Shown here one piece after another: positions 31,652-42,406 of a stretch of 64,000 nucleotides of DNA. A program made the translations under genes and the position numbers. The stretch is from an uncultured delta proteobacterium (lineage in GTDB: Bacteria; Desulfobacterota; Binatia; UBA9968). The notes under the pieces are model-generated. The model was not told the DNA's origin, did no database searches, and saw only the letters and a program-made list of their open reading frames with translations. Where the stretch lies: the NCBI GenBank assembly GCA_963745835.1, contig CAVUZH010000003.1, positions 320,001-384,000 of the forward strand, given 5' to 3'. How positions within the stretch are numbered: the first letter of the stretch is position 1; every line of letters begins with the position of its first letter.

Positions 31652-31785
31652 CGTCATTCCGGGCAAGCTCGGATCGCAGTCCGGGAGTTAGCGCAACCCG
31701 GAATCCAGGAACCTCTCTTCGTCTCCCCTTTCGAAGGTCAGAATTGCGTGGGAGATCTCGATGCCCCGCTTTCGCGGGCATGACG
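31652..31785. repeat. GTCATTCC-type REP-like palindromic element
   Basis: CGTCATTCCGGGC...CCCGGAATCCAG...GATGCCCCGCTTTCGCGGGCATGACG. Confidence 0.6.
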
Positions 31786-31831
31786 GCGGAAATGCCATCG
31801 AATTCGTTTGCGAACTTTGGTCCCAGGAGCA

Positions 31832-32669
31832 CTAGCGAATATTCGGTTGCCAGGTTGCAAGCGTCGCGGCCGTGGACCAGTCTTTGCCGCAGATGTAATC
31901 GGTGAAAGAAGGTTTCAGATTGCCGAGCACGCCCTGAAGCGTGATCCAGATCAGAATCTCATTGGCCACTCCCGCGCGTTCGAGTGTTTCCGCCGTGGCT
32001 TTGTTGACCATCTCTTGACCCTTGGCGTCCTTCACTAAATCGAGGAACTCCAAATCCAGCGCGGTATCGATGGAGCCCATCTTGGGTCCGCCGATATCTC
32101 CGGAAAAACTGCCGCTGGCCAGCACCGCGACTTTGCCATCGTAATGATTGCGAAGGTAATCCGCCGATCTGCTGGCCGAGCCGAAAACATCGCGCGGCGG
32201 TGGGTCGGGGCGGCAACATGCCGTTGATGTGCAATGGCACGATCGGCAGATCCATGTGCGGCGTCAGCAGGCTCAGCGGCACCATGAAGGCGTGGTCGAG
32301 GATCATTTCTTGCGAATAACTGAAGTCGATGCCGCTCTCTATGCCGTAGTTAAGCAGTCCCTTGGCCATTGTCGTGTCCACTTTTAAAGTGGCGCGCGCA
32401 ATGCGCAGCTCCGCCATTTCTTTAGGCGCGGGTCCGGTGCAGGTATCGGAGACGCCAAGACAAAACATCGGCGCGTTGTTATAGAAAAAGTTGGTGACGT
32501 GATCACTGGTCAAAATCAGCAGGCAGTCCGGAGAAGCTTCCGACAAGCCTTTTTTCAGATGACCAAACGCAGAGTCGAGCTTGCTCTGAACTTCGGGGGA
32601 CATCTTGTCCGGGCGAGATGTGATATTGGGATTGTGTGGCGCGGCAAGCCCTAGAACGATCTTACCCAT
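31832..32669 (-). CDS. ligB: extradiol dioxygenase beta subunit (LigB-type), frameshift at ~32160
   Basis: AAPHNP, DHVTNFF, LDHAFMVPL, P-PTAARCFRLG, then LASGSFS..EILIW in the next frame. Confidence 0.8.
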
Positions 32670-32674
32670 GATAA

Positions 32675-32926
32675 CTATTCTCCTCGTACTTGCTTAAAGT
32701 AGATAGCCGGCTTCAGTTCCATCAGCCGGGAAAATTGCCAGAGCAGAAAGCTATGCGCTCCCATCCGATAAAGTTCCCCGGCATTGACCTCCCGCAGCGC
32801 TTTAACCTCGAACTCCTCCAAGTCATAGCGTTTGAAAACGTCGTCGGGGTTCTGCTTATATTTGTCTTGCAGCTCCAAATCGTTGAACAGCGCAAACAGA
32901 AGTTTATCGACTTGGTACAGGCTCAT
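32675..32926 (-). CDS. ligA: extradiol dioxygenase alpha subunit (LigA-type)
   Basis: MSLYQVDKLL, YDL-E-E--AL, LYRMGAH; directly upstream of ligB. Confidence 0.85.
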   Translation of the reverse strand: MSLYQVDKLLFALFNDLELQDKYKQNPDDVFKRYDLEEFEVKALREVNAGELYRMGAHSFLLWQFSRLMELKPAIYFKQVRGE

Positions 32927-33893
32927 TTGCTCTTCCTCATCTCTTCATTAAGCGACCTTACGATCGACAAGTCATAAACATTTTCGGGAGCGACGTCGCG
33001 CTCGACCTTGAGCGATTTTCTCTGGAAAGCGATCATTTTTTCCTGAAGGCTGCGAGGGATTGTGCCGTCGGCGGACATCACCCGTAACCAGGCTCTATAA
33101 ACGTCTGTGGCTTCAGCTTCGGAGACCTTCATGATCGGCACCATACGGGCCACTACTTCCTTCTCGTTGTTCTTGAGCCAGTGAAATCCCCTGAGGGTGC
33201 CGCGGAGGAATTTATGAACGAGATCCGGTCGCTGGGCCAACGTTCTTTCGGTGGTAACCGCGCCAGCGGTGACGAATTCCAGGTCGTCGCCGTAGAACAG
33301 CAACTCGTTGAAACCGTTCTTTTTGGCGATGATCCGATCCATCTGATTGACCACCGCCGCATCGACGGCGCCGCTCATGAGCGCTGCGAGCCGGTTCGGT
33401 GTCGGTTCGACTGCGCGGAGAACCACATCCTTTTGCGGATCGATGCCGCGCTTGGGCAGCAGGTCGCGGGTCATCTGGTCCAATGCCGCGCCGAAGCTCG
33501 ACACAGCGATTTGTTTTCCGCCTTTTAACTCCTGTACCGTTTTGATCTCTTTGCGGGCGAAGAGCCAGTTCAGCGGACGCGTATCGAAAACCATGACGAT
33601 CTTGAGCGGCACGCCGCGGAGAATTGCGCCGGCACCCTGGCCAAGAATCTGACTGAAGTGAAAGCTGCCGCCGACCAGTCCCTGAATCCCGGGCAACATT
33701 CCCGCCTGAATCGGCAGAACTTCGACGCCCTCTTCACGGTAAAAGCCTTTTTCCTTGGTGAACTTGTACAGAAGGGCATTACCGCTGACGCCGGCCGAGA
33801 TGTGCAGGTTGACTTCATCGAGAGCGGACGAATCTCTGGCGTAGCCCAGGCTCAGAATCACCATCGATAACAATAAAATGTTCTCGAGATCAT
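32923..33893 (-). CDS. NMT1/SsuA-type solute-binding protein (1-bp loss in a T run near the start)
   Basis: KEKGFYREEG, ELKGGKQIAVSSFG, GAVDAAV; adding one T gives the signal peptide MISRTFLLLSMVILSL. Confidence 0.88.
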
Positions 33894-33921
33894 GATGTTC
33901 AATTTGCCCGCATGCTCCTTA

Positions 33922-34965
33922 TTAGAATCCATATTTCTCTTGAGCCGCGACCGCGATGCCGAAGGCAGTTTTCAGCTCCGCGCGGCTGCTGACTTCTTTA
34001 AAAGCTTGCCTGACAGCATCGTCGCGGACAATGTCTTTGGCCGACATGGGCCGCGAAAGTTTCTCGGACTTTACCATTTCGTCGGCGATTCGTTGCACCG
34101 CCGCGGGAGCGACTGCGCCGTCGATCGGTATAGCCCAGCTTTCGACCCGATCGGGCGCGGTGACAATGGCCACGACGCCGCGCTCGTCTTCATTGTGGGT
34201 ATTGGTTCTTCTAAGGTTTTTCTCGAGGTCCCGGAGATATTCGAAATTTCTTACGTCGCGCATAAACCAGAAGGCGCGGATGATCGCGCGAAAATAGGCG
34301 CGCAGCTCGTCGGCGCGCTTTTCGATCATCTGTCCGGTCGCCACGGTGAGTTTGCCCGGCCGCCGCGGAAAGACGGTATTGGGATCGAGAATCATCGGAT
34401 AGCCTTCTTTCTCGAGCTGGTCGGAAAAGGGCGGCTGGGAAGTGATCGCGTCGATTTTGCCGGAGCGCAGCATCTCCATGTGAGCGGGGTTATTTCGATA
34501 TCCGAAGACAGGATCGTAGACCCACTCAACTTCTTGTTCCGGATCTACACCCGCTGCCTCGAGCGCATTGGTGATAAAGACCTGCACCAAGCCTTCCTTC
34601 TCGCGCATGCCGATGCGGCCGCCGCGGAGCTTGCTCATATCCGTGACATGCTTCGCTCCATACCATCTGAGAAAGGGAGTGTAGCGCCAGCCGCCCGCGA
34701 TATAGACTTCGGCGCCCAGCGAACGCTGGTAGATCGCCGCCTCGACATCGACGGCGGTCGCGATATCCACCCCATGGTTGGTGATCGCCATTGCCAGCCC
34801 GTCGCGCTCGAGCGGCCCAGGAATCAAGCCTCGCGCATCGTATTCATATTCTTTGAGACCTTCCTGATTGAAAAAACCCTGCTCCTCGGCGACAAAGATC
34901 GCGACCTGGTGGCCGACGTGATAATTGCTGTTGGCAATTAAAATGGGTTGATCTAACGTGCTCAT
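33922..34965 (-). CDS. SBP-fold (NMT1/THI5-like) protein without signal peptide, copy 2
   Basis: Near-colinear paralog of 28290-29339 (NYHVGH, GGWRYTPFL, DPVFGYRNNPAH, FPRRPGK). Confidence 0.88.
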   Translation of the reverse strand: MSTLDQPILIANSNYHVGHQVAIFVAEEQGFFNQEGLKEYEYDARGLIPGPLERDGLAMAITNHGVDIATAVDVEAAIYQRSLGAEVYIAGGWRYTPFLRWYGAKHVTDMSKLRGGRIGMREKEGLVQVFITNALEAAGVDPEQEVEWVYDPVFGYRNNPAHMEMLRSGKIDAITSQPPFSDQLEKEGYPMILDPNTVFPRRPGKLTVATGQMIEKRADELRAYFRAIIRAFWFMRDVRNFEYLRDLEKNLRRTNTHNEDERGVVAIVTAPDRVESWAIPIDGAVAPAAVQRIADEMVKSEKLSRPMSAKDIVRDDAVRQAFKEVSSRAELKTAFGIAVAAQEKYGF

Positions 34966-34983
34966 TTAAATCCTTTCCAAATG

Positions 34984-35052
34984 TTGGAGTGATTGAGTAA
35001 TGGAGTGCTGCGCGCAGCGATGTTGCCTTACTCCAATACTCCATTTCCTCCA
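34984..35052. repeat. TGGAGTA/TACTCCA intergenic inverted repeat
   Basis: TGGAGTGATTGAGTAATGGAG...TTACTCCAATACTCCA. Confidence 0.55.
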
Positions 35053-35058
35053 GCAGTG

Positions 35059-36009
35059 TCATGTCCCAGTCGCGAAAATTTCGTTGATCGCGAGCCGGCG
35101 TTCGGTGAGCCTTTGTTCAAACGCATAATCGAGCAGCGTATCGATAACCACCCGGTTCTTCTCCACCGAATAGGGCCATGGGTCCGAACCGAGTAGCGCG
35201 CGTTCCTCTTCCTGCTCGGCGCCGAACCACGCCAGAGACGAGCGCCGATGATCGGCCCAGTATTTATAGGCGTGCTGCTTGGCGTCCTCAAAAGCGCGCA
35301 CGAGCTGTGCAGCCACTTCGCTATCACGTTGGAGCACTTCATCCTTGACGACGACCAAGTGACGGATCGGAAAAATGCCGGTGCGGCGATAGTAGTCCGT
35401 TTCGACTTCGCGATAGTTGGGCCACAGCCGTCTCACCACTTTGTTGATGGTAGAGGCCTCGGCCCCACTGTCGGAAAGTATTTGCGCGTCCAACTCGCCT
35501 GCTTTGAGTAAATCTTGCATCTTTCGACCGGCCGGCGCGCGCTCGATGCGCAGCCAGGAAGGCGGAGACCAGCCCGGCACATCCTCCGAGCCATCGGCGA
35601 CCCAGTGAATCTCGCTGGGCGGCAGGTTGAACTCATGTTGCAGCAGACCGCGGATCCAGAGCGCTATTGGATTGAAATGCCCATGCACGCCGATACGGCG
35701 CCCGCGCAAATCCTCAGGTCGGAGAATGTCTGAGTCCATCCGCACCATGACGCAACTATGATTGAACCGGCGGTGCGGAAACACCGGAATCGCGGTTATC
35801 GGAGCTCCTCGACTCTTAAGTCCGAGATACTGCGCAATCTGCAACTCGCAAACATCGAATTCGAGATTGCGCACAAAGCGGGTGTGGCGCTCGGCGGAGG
35901 GAAGCGGGATCACCGTTAAATCCAATCCGGGTGTAGCGACAGTGCGGTCGATCAGGGGACGTGTACGGTCGTAGTCACCGCAGGACAGTGTCAGGCGAGC
36001 GTCGGGCAT
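35059..36009 (-). CDS. 4,5-dihydroxyphthalate decarboxylase-like protein (SBP fold)
   Basis: LTLSCGDYDRTRPL, FDVCEL, AIPVFPHRRF-H, W-RGLLQHE, YYRRTGIFPI-HLVV, DPWPY. Confidence 0.88.
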   Translation of the reverse strand: MPDARLTLSCGDYDRTRPLIDRTVATPGLDLTVIPLPSAERHTRFVRNLEFDVCELQIAQYLGLKSRGAPITAIPVFPHRRFNHSCVMVRMDSDILRPEDLRGRRIGVHGHFNPIALWIRGLLQHEFNLPPSEIHWVADGSEDVPGWSPPSWLRIERAPAGRKMQDLLKAGELDAQILSDSGAEASTINKVVRRLWPNYREVETDYYRRTGIFPIRHLVVVKDEVLQRDSEVAAQLVRAFEDAKQHAYKYWADHRRSSLAWFGAEQEEERALLGSDPWPYSVEKNRVVIDTLLDYAFEQRLTERRLAINEIFATGT

Positions 36010-36087
36010 CCTATGTCCTTACTATCTTCGTTGGCGCAAGTGTGTGATTCTCGTGGGTTCATCGATGAACTGAACAACTGACTTTTG

Positions 36088-37074
36088 CTACCGTGAAATA
36101 CCGCTTTCGCTCTGCTTAACAAACGAAGTATCGATGATCTCATTGGCATCGACCGCTTTTGCTTGCGGAAACTGCACTGACATCATATCGAGAGCCGTCA
36201 TGACCGCATCGGCGGATGGATAGGGCGTCCTCTGAATTTTGTCGCTGAAATAATTATAGGTTTCCCCGAGAATATCATCGTTTGCGCCGCGCAGATACTT
36301 TCGCATCACCGCCATGCTGGTTTCTTTGTTGGTTTTGAATAGTTGAATCCCTTCCATTAGGGTCCTGACCAGTCTCACGGTGATTTCCGGATTTTTTTTG
36401 ACATTTACTTTCAAAGTCGACACGCCGACATACGGGTAGGGAATTCCCATTTCGTCAAAATCGAGCAGCTCGCGAAATCCCATGCGATTGGCCAATAACC
36501 GGGTCGGTGTCGTAAGCACCGCGGCATCGACGACCCCTTTCTCCAGCGCCGGCAGTATGCTCGGCCCATCGCCTAGAGGAACTATTTTGACGTCGCGCGC
36601 GGGGTCGAGGTTTAGTTTCTTCTTCAGAATGTAGTGCAGCATCACATCCGTAATCGCGCCTGGACGCCCGGAGCCCACCACTTTCCCGCGCAGGTCCGCC
36701 GGGTTACTTATCTGTGGCTTGGAGAACAGCGACGTGCCTGTGACATTCAGAAACGTTGCAATGATCACCAGATCCTTTTGGCCGACGGCGTAAGAGGACA
36801 CGACGCCGGTACCGGTCGAGATGACGTATTGCGCATCGCCGCTCAGCAGCAGCTGGTGCGGCCGTGCTCTTCCAGCGTAAACCGCTTCGAGATCCAAGCC
36901 GTATTTTCTCCCCAAACGTTCATCGACGGCGATCCAGAGAGGAGTGTACCCGCCGGTGAACGAAGAGTAGATGATCTTCAGTCGCTGCGTCTCACCGGCA
37001 GCCCATGAGGCCGAAACGGATACCAACAATTGCATGGATAAAATCAATCCAACGAGCTGATAAATGCGCTTCAC
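36088..37074 (-). CDS. NMT1/SsuA-type solute-binding protein
   Basis: AGGAG plus GTG start at 37074, signal peptide, PLWIA, DLRGKVVG, G-VDAAVL. Confidence 0.88.
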   Translation of the reverse strand: MKRIYQLVGLILSMQLLVSVSASWAAGETQRLKIIYSSFTGGYTPLWIAVDERLGRKYGLDLEAVYAGRARPHQLLLSGDAQYVISTGTGVVSSYAVGQKDLVIIATFLNVTGTSLFSKPQISNPADLRGKVVGSGRPGAITDVMLHYILKKKLNLDPARDVKIVPLGDGPSILPALEKGVVDAAVLTTPTRLLANRMGFRELLDFDEMGIPYPYVGVSTLKVNVKKNPEITVRLVRTLMEGIQLFKTNKETSMAVMRKYLRGANDDILGETYNYFSDKIQRTPYPSADAVMTALDMMSVQFPQAKAVDANEIIDTSFVKQSESGISR

Positions 37075-37330
37075 TTCGTTTCTCCTATGCTGTGTGTAGT
37101 TCTTGTCGCCTGATTCGCATGTCTTTACAACCAGTATCTTGTCGAGAGGCCGGGGCACCCGCGGCGGATCAACATTGCAGCTTGTATCGAGAGACGACCA
37201 AGCGTCGCACCCTTGTCTATGGAACAACTTCAACATGTTTCTGAAGATTAACCCTTCCGAAGTTAGTCTCGCCCAAGCGGGCTGATTTGAAGCCTCAGCA
37301 GAGAAGCGACCAGCGGCATCAGAGCCGGCA

Positions 37331-38257
37331 TCACTGGTCTAAACTTGACACGGCCTTCGTATAAAAGCGCTCGTCGACGTACTTCTCGGGTTTTGGCAAT
37401 GGCGGTTTCATCAGCCCGGCGATCTCTCGCAGTTGGAGAACCGATTGAATCCCGTCTATGTCGATCTGGCTTCTGTGACTGAAGCCAAATCGAGGACTGG
37501 TGCTTTCTTCGTACATCGCTTGAGCTCGAGGCTTGTTGTTGCGGTTCTCAGGCATAAGCATCGCAATAACTTCATCCTTGTGATCCGGCTCAGTGACCCA
37601 ATCAGTGGCGCGGATCATGGCACGGATGAAACGGACCAGCAGGTCTTCGTTTTTGTTGGCCCAGTCGCGCCGGGTTGCGCCGAGTCCTCTGGCATAGTGC
37701 TGGACGTAATCTTCAGCTTTAGCTAGGACTTTAAAGCCGCGCTTTTGAATTTCGTCATCGGCGAGACTCATCATCGCGGCCGACGCGTCGCCGCGGCTCA
37801 TCGCCTCCGCGCGCTTGGTGGTATTACCGAAGGCCTTGAACGTGTAGTCCTTGTTCAACTCCAAGCCCTGCTTCTTGAGTATGTAGACGCCGACAATCGC
37901 ATAGCCGGTGGTGGGCGCGTCTACGGCAAAGACTGTGCCCTTGAGATCGCCGTAGTCATCGATCCCCGGCCCGACGATCAGCTTCTGGTTAACGCCGCGG
38001 TTACCGCCCAGAAAGATTATGAAATCATTCTTCTGAGGGTCTTCCCCTTGCCCTTCAGCCCAGGCAATCACGTTATCGGCGTTATTGATGATGAGGTCGT
38101 ACTTGCCGCTGATGAGATTACGCAGCAGAGTAGGGGAATCGGTGACCGTATCGATTTGAATTCGGATGTTCTCTTTTTTGAAGAAGCCTTTGCCGTCGGC
38201 CGCAATGATTGCCGGGTCCTTGTTGAACAATCCAATCTGGATGACATCTTCAGCCAT
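37331..38257 (-). CDS. NMT1/SsuA-type solute-binding protein (start and signal peptide uncertain)
   Basis: KGFFKKENI, DLKG-VFAVDAPTTGYA, KYVDERFY. Confidence 0.85.
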   Translation of the reverse strand: MAEDVIQIGLFNKDPAIIAADGKGFFKKENIRIQIDTVTDSPTLLRNLISGKYDLIINNADNVIAWAEGQGEDPQKNDFIIFLGGNRGVNQKLIVGPGIDDYGDLKGTVFAVDAPTTGYAIVGVYILKKQGLELNKDYTFKAFGNTTKRAEAMSRGDASAAMMSLADDEIQKRGFKVLAKAEDYVQHYARGLGATRRDWANKNEDLLVRFIRAMIRATDWVTEPDHKDEVIAMLMPENRNNKPRAQAMYEESTSPRFGFSHRSQIDIDGIQSVLQLREIAGLMKPPLPKPEKYVDERFYTKAVSSLDQ

Positions 38258-38547
38258 AACTATGCCTGGCAGGAGCCATAAGAAAGCTCCCGACCATATC
38301 TCCTTATGTGGTTATTTTGATTCTCGCAAAACGTGCAGTGCCGCTTTTCGATCCGTTAATACAGTTCTCTGATCGTTGTCAACGATAGAGAGTTCGAAAG
38401 ATTTTAGCAGTCATACGGCGCAGAAATACGCGCTCTGGGAAGTTCGGAAATCTACCGCGGAGGCCCTGAGAGCAGTGCAGATTCTGCTCACTGTACTTTG
38501 TTCTTTCCGTGAGAAACATCAGACGCCTCAGGACAGAGACAAAGTGT

Positions 38548-39507
38548 CTATTTTGATCGGATTTCTTTGACCATAGAGAAGTCGGCAACCTCGCTAGGAG
38601 CGACCTTTGACGAAAGCAGTTGGGCGCGCGTTGCCACGACATCCCAAAAGCTCTTATCGCTACGGGGCGCTCCATCACTGTACGCAAAGGTGACGTCTTT
38701 CAGCGCCGCGATTCCTTCCTGAGCCGGCATCCTCAGCCACTGCTGAATGCTGGCTCCGACCGCTTGCTCATTACCGGGCTGCAGAATGAAGCGGCTTCCG
38801 CGCACTAAAGCCCGCAGCATCCGCCTAACTTGATTCGGGTTTTCTTTTATCGTGCGCCTATGAGTCGAAAGTCCAGCCAACGGCGCGCTATAGATATCGC
38901 CGGCGCGGAAAAGCACGTTTAGTCCGACGTCGCGAGCCTTTTGCGGCCAAGGAGGAACCAGGAATGTGGCGTCTGCGACACCCTGCTCGACCATCGCAAA
39001 CAGCGCCGGGGAATCCGGCGCCGAAATCCATTTCACATCCTTGAGCGGATCAAAACCAAAATGACGGAGCACCGCTTGGAAAACCAACCCTGTGGACCCG
39101 CTCAGATCCACGGTGTTGAGCACAAAGGTTTTGCCGCGGAGGTCCGCGCCCGATTTGACGGTTGGCCGGGTCACCAAATAATGGAGCGAGCGGTCGACGA
39201 AGACGGCCAACATCTGCATCGGTACCCCTCTCAGAGCGCTGTCTATGGGAGGAAGAAAGCTCATCGTGTAATCGATATGGCCGTTTGCCAACGCCGGTAT
39301 GAGGGCGGCCGTCCGCATTTGAATGAATTTTACGTCGAGTCCCTCTTGGCGGAAAAAACCCTGATCTACCGCTATCCTGCCGGGAAGAAACGTCAACGTG
39401 GAAGCCGTGTAACTCAGAGTTACCTCCTCGGCCGTAGAGAGAGCCGGGTTTGAGACTGAGTAGAACAGAAAAATCAACGGTAAAAAGCTGCAGGTGAGAT
39501 GTTTCAA
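38548..39507 (-). CDS. NMT1/SsuA-type solute-binding protein
   Basis: Signal peptide, DQGFFRQEGLDV, DLRGK, DPLKDV, ADFS. Confidence 0.88.
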   Translation of the reverse strand: MKHLTCSFLPLIFLFYSVSNPALSTAEEVTLSYTASTLTFLPGRIAVDQGFFRQEGLDVKFIQMRTAALIPALANGHIDYTMSFLPPIDSALRGVPMQMLAVFVDRSLHYLVTRPTVKSGADLRGKTFVLNTVDLSGSTGLVFQAVLRHFGFDPLKDVKWISAPDSPALFAMVEQGVADATFLVPPWPQKARDVGLNVLFRAGDIYSAPLAGLSTHRRTIKENPNQVRRMLRALVRGSRFILQPGNEQAVGASIQQWLRMPAQEGIAALKDVTFAYSDGAPRSDKSFWDVVATRAQLLSSKVAPSEVADFSMVKEIRSK

Positions 39508-39677
39508 ATGGTTCCTTTCTTTGATCTACCGACCGGGGTAAACACTGATTATCACGATCTATGATCTTCTCTATTCCGAACTTTTGAATAATTCAAAAAG
39601 AATTGAGCCAACACGGGCCGGAGTTCGAATCCATCCATGCGCAGTTTGAACAGGATCTAATTGTTAAGCACAAACAA

Positions 39678-40114
39678 ATGAAACGCTTCAAACCACAGAC
39701 GATTCGACTGATGGGACGACTCCATGCCTGGTTGTGGAGGCTAACGCGCGGCAGGTTCGTCGATGCGGTTGGAGCGGCGCCGTTTCTTTTGCTGACCACC
39801 ACGGGCCGTAAAACCGGGCGATTGCGAACGACGCCGGTGCTCTACCTCGAAGATGGCAGCGATCTCGTTGTGGTGGCTTCATTCGGTGGCAATGACATGC
39901 ATCCCGCTTGGTATCTCAATCTCAAAGAATATCCGGAAGCTGAAGTCGTGATCCGAGGCGAGCGCCGGCGGGTGAGCGCGCAAGAGATAAGTACTGAGGA
40001 GAAAAAACTCATCTGGCGCACGATTGGTGAAGTCTGTACCCGCAGTTTGAGATCTATCAGCAACGCACGAGCCGCGAAATCCCGCTGTTGAGATTAGCCG
40101 CGAAAATTCGATGA
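39678..40114 (+). CDS. deazaflavin (F420)-dependent nitroreductase family (Ddn-like), two 1-bp insertions near 40020-40035
   Basis: LLLTTTGRKTGR-RTTP, VASFGG---HPAWYLNL; the shifted frame gives the canonical end YPQFEIYQQRTSREIPL. Confidence 0.88.
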
Positions 40115-40305
40115 ACGGATCGTCGCCACGCAGGGAGAATCATGAGCTAGACCGTCGTTGCTGATCCGCTTCCACCGCCGGATGTCTGCGTTCAGCGGTG
40201 GGGCGTGAGCATTCGACGATGGTTTCTCAAAAAGTTTTTTGACAACATCCGAACGAGCAACTTTCTCAGCGAAGCTGCTCGCGTCTCGTTCTGCCGACGG
40301 GACAT

Positions 40306-42406
40306 CTAGGGAACAGCGGCGTCGTTTGCCGCAGCAATGATGCTGTCAGCGTCTTCGCGAAGTAGTAGGCGCTTGCTGACCAGGTCGTTCGCTGCAGCGG
40401 TGACTTTGCCGACATAGTCTTGATGCGTCGGATACCGCTCCTCCAGCGATAGCCGCGGGTCGCCTGCCGCACGACGCTCGGCTTCAGTCTTGAAGAACGG
40501 GATAAAAGCCCCCGTGAGGTCGCAGGAATCCCCCTCGCTGAATCCTGCCTTCCTGATGTTCCAGCCGGTGTAGGTGCCCAGCGGAACCTGCACGTTCGTA
40601 TTCCGCAAACCATCGATCGGGTTGCCGTCGGCATCGACCTGAGGCACGAGCACATTGTAAGCGGCGCCGACGAGCGGTGGTTCAGCCATAATGCCCGCGA
40701 TATCTTCGACATCGAAGCGTTGTCCACGGTCGAGGTAAAACTTGTAGTTGACGAGACCGGGTAGGGTGAAGTTCACGGCGGGGATGTACGGGATGAGAAC
40801 GTCGGTCGGCTTCACCAGACTGCCGCGGCCCAACGACGAGTAGAGGCTCGGCGGCGGCTCCGTCCCGTTGAACGATCCATTCGCGAAGCGCGACAAGCAA
40901 CGCCCGCTGAGCATGGATAAACGGATTGCTGTTGGAACGCAGTTGGCAGGCATTCGGGAAAGCCGGCAGCACCGCCGGTGGCTGCGCGAGCGGATTTCCC
41001 CCGCCATGCTGCGTGCCGGCGAGATCGTAGATCCGCACCTCCGCAGGAATCTCCAGATCCTGTGTTCCTGTGGAATCGGTCGTGTTCAAAGACATCACTG
41101 CCTGCCAATACTCCGTATCGGTGTTGGTGTGAGTGATCTTGGGACAGGTGTGAGTCCGGCGACAACGCTCAAGCTGCCCGGCCGTGATGCCTGAGAATGG
41201 ATCGTGGCTTACGTCCCACGTCTGGGGGGACTCTGTCCCCGGATACTGCTGCTCGCTGTGCTGCGTCCCCGATAGCCGGGTCGGCTGTGCGAAGCGAATG
41301 TTGAAGGCGCCCCGGTTTGAGGCTTTATGCGGTATTGCTCCTTCGACCACCTGTCGACGATGCTCATCTTGGTTGAAACCGAGCTGGATGAAGGTGCGGA
41401 TCCAGCGTCCACTCTGGGACGAGCCGTAGATGATGGCGTTCTCGATACCGTCGCCCAGCGGATTTTCCAGATCTCTATGACGATCGCGGTTCCCACTGCG
41501 CAGGAAGGAAATGAAGTCGCGGGTCGCGGCGAAGCCCAGCCCCATCACCATGGGATTTTTTGCCGTGTAGAGCAACTCGTAGATATGATTCGTATCGAAT
41601 CCCCCCTGGAGACATACCTTCGTCCGGTCGGGGACGCCAGGAAAGGGCACTGAGGTGCAGTCGGCAAACGCCCACTGGCTGTTGGGGATCAGCTCTCGCG
41701 GATCATTCTGATGCACACGCCGTGTCAGCGTTGCACGCGAGTTGTCGGTGCTGATCGCTTCGTAAGCGGGCGGCTCGGTTACATCCTGGGTAGTCGCGGG
41801 AGAGCCGAGAATGTATTCAGCGCGCACCCGGCCTCTGATCTCGCGGCCGTCACGCCGCTTGGCGATGGGTAGGTTGATCCGGAGACCGGTCGTTAAATCG
41901 CCTTCCCAGCCGCTATCCACGAGTGTGTACCCTTCACGCTGAAGAAAGCCGTCACCGAGATTGGTCGCGTTACCGCCGACGTTCAGCTCGGGACTTCTAA
42001 TATTTCCGCGATTCGGTACGTCATAGAGGAGCGTCTTGTTGCCGCGACTCATGTCGAGAGGCTTTGTGATCGCAAAATCCATCGAGTACTCCACATTGCC
42101 GCGCGAATTGCGGGGTGCCAACTCGATATCGGTGATCACTGCGTTGAGCGGGTCTTTCGGATTTACCTCGCCGAATGCAACGCCGGTGAGCTGTTCGTAT
42201 TGGCCGACAACGCCGAATGAGGCGCCGCCGAAGGCGGGCGATGTGCGGTTCTGAATGATAATACCGGTGATTCTTGCTTCCGCTAAATGACCCATGCCCA
42301 ACAAGCCGAGGATGAGCGAACTCCAGAAGAAAAAAACGATCCAGAGGAGGCCAGACGCGCCGCTTGATGGAAGCAGTCCAACTAGGTTTTTAGGTTTATT
42401 TGACAT
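40306..42406 (-). CDS. secreted alpha/beta hydrolase domain protein (Abhydrolase_10-like), frameshift at ~40870
   Basis: AAGGAGG plus ATG at 42406, GEVNP-DP-N--ITDI-LAPRN, GLGFAATRD, G-SQSGR, TDTEYW, VD-DGN, GDPRLSLEERY. Confidence 0.88.

Noticed and set aside
33892-34941. Long antisense ORFs (also 3296-4369, 51519-52466, 1295-1972)
   Set aside because: They are shadows of well-supported genes on the opposite strand in GC-rich DNA and carry no recognisable motifs.
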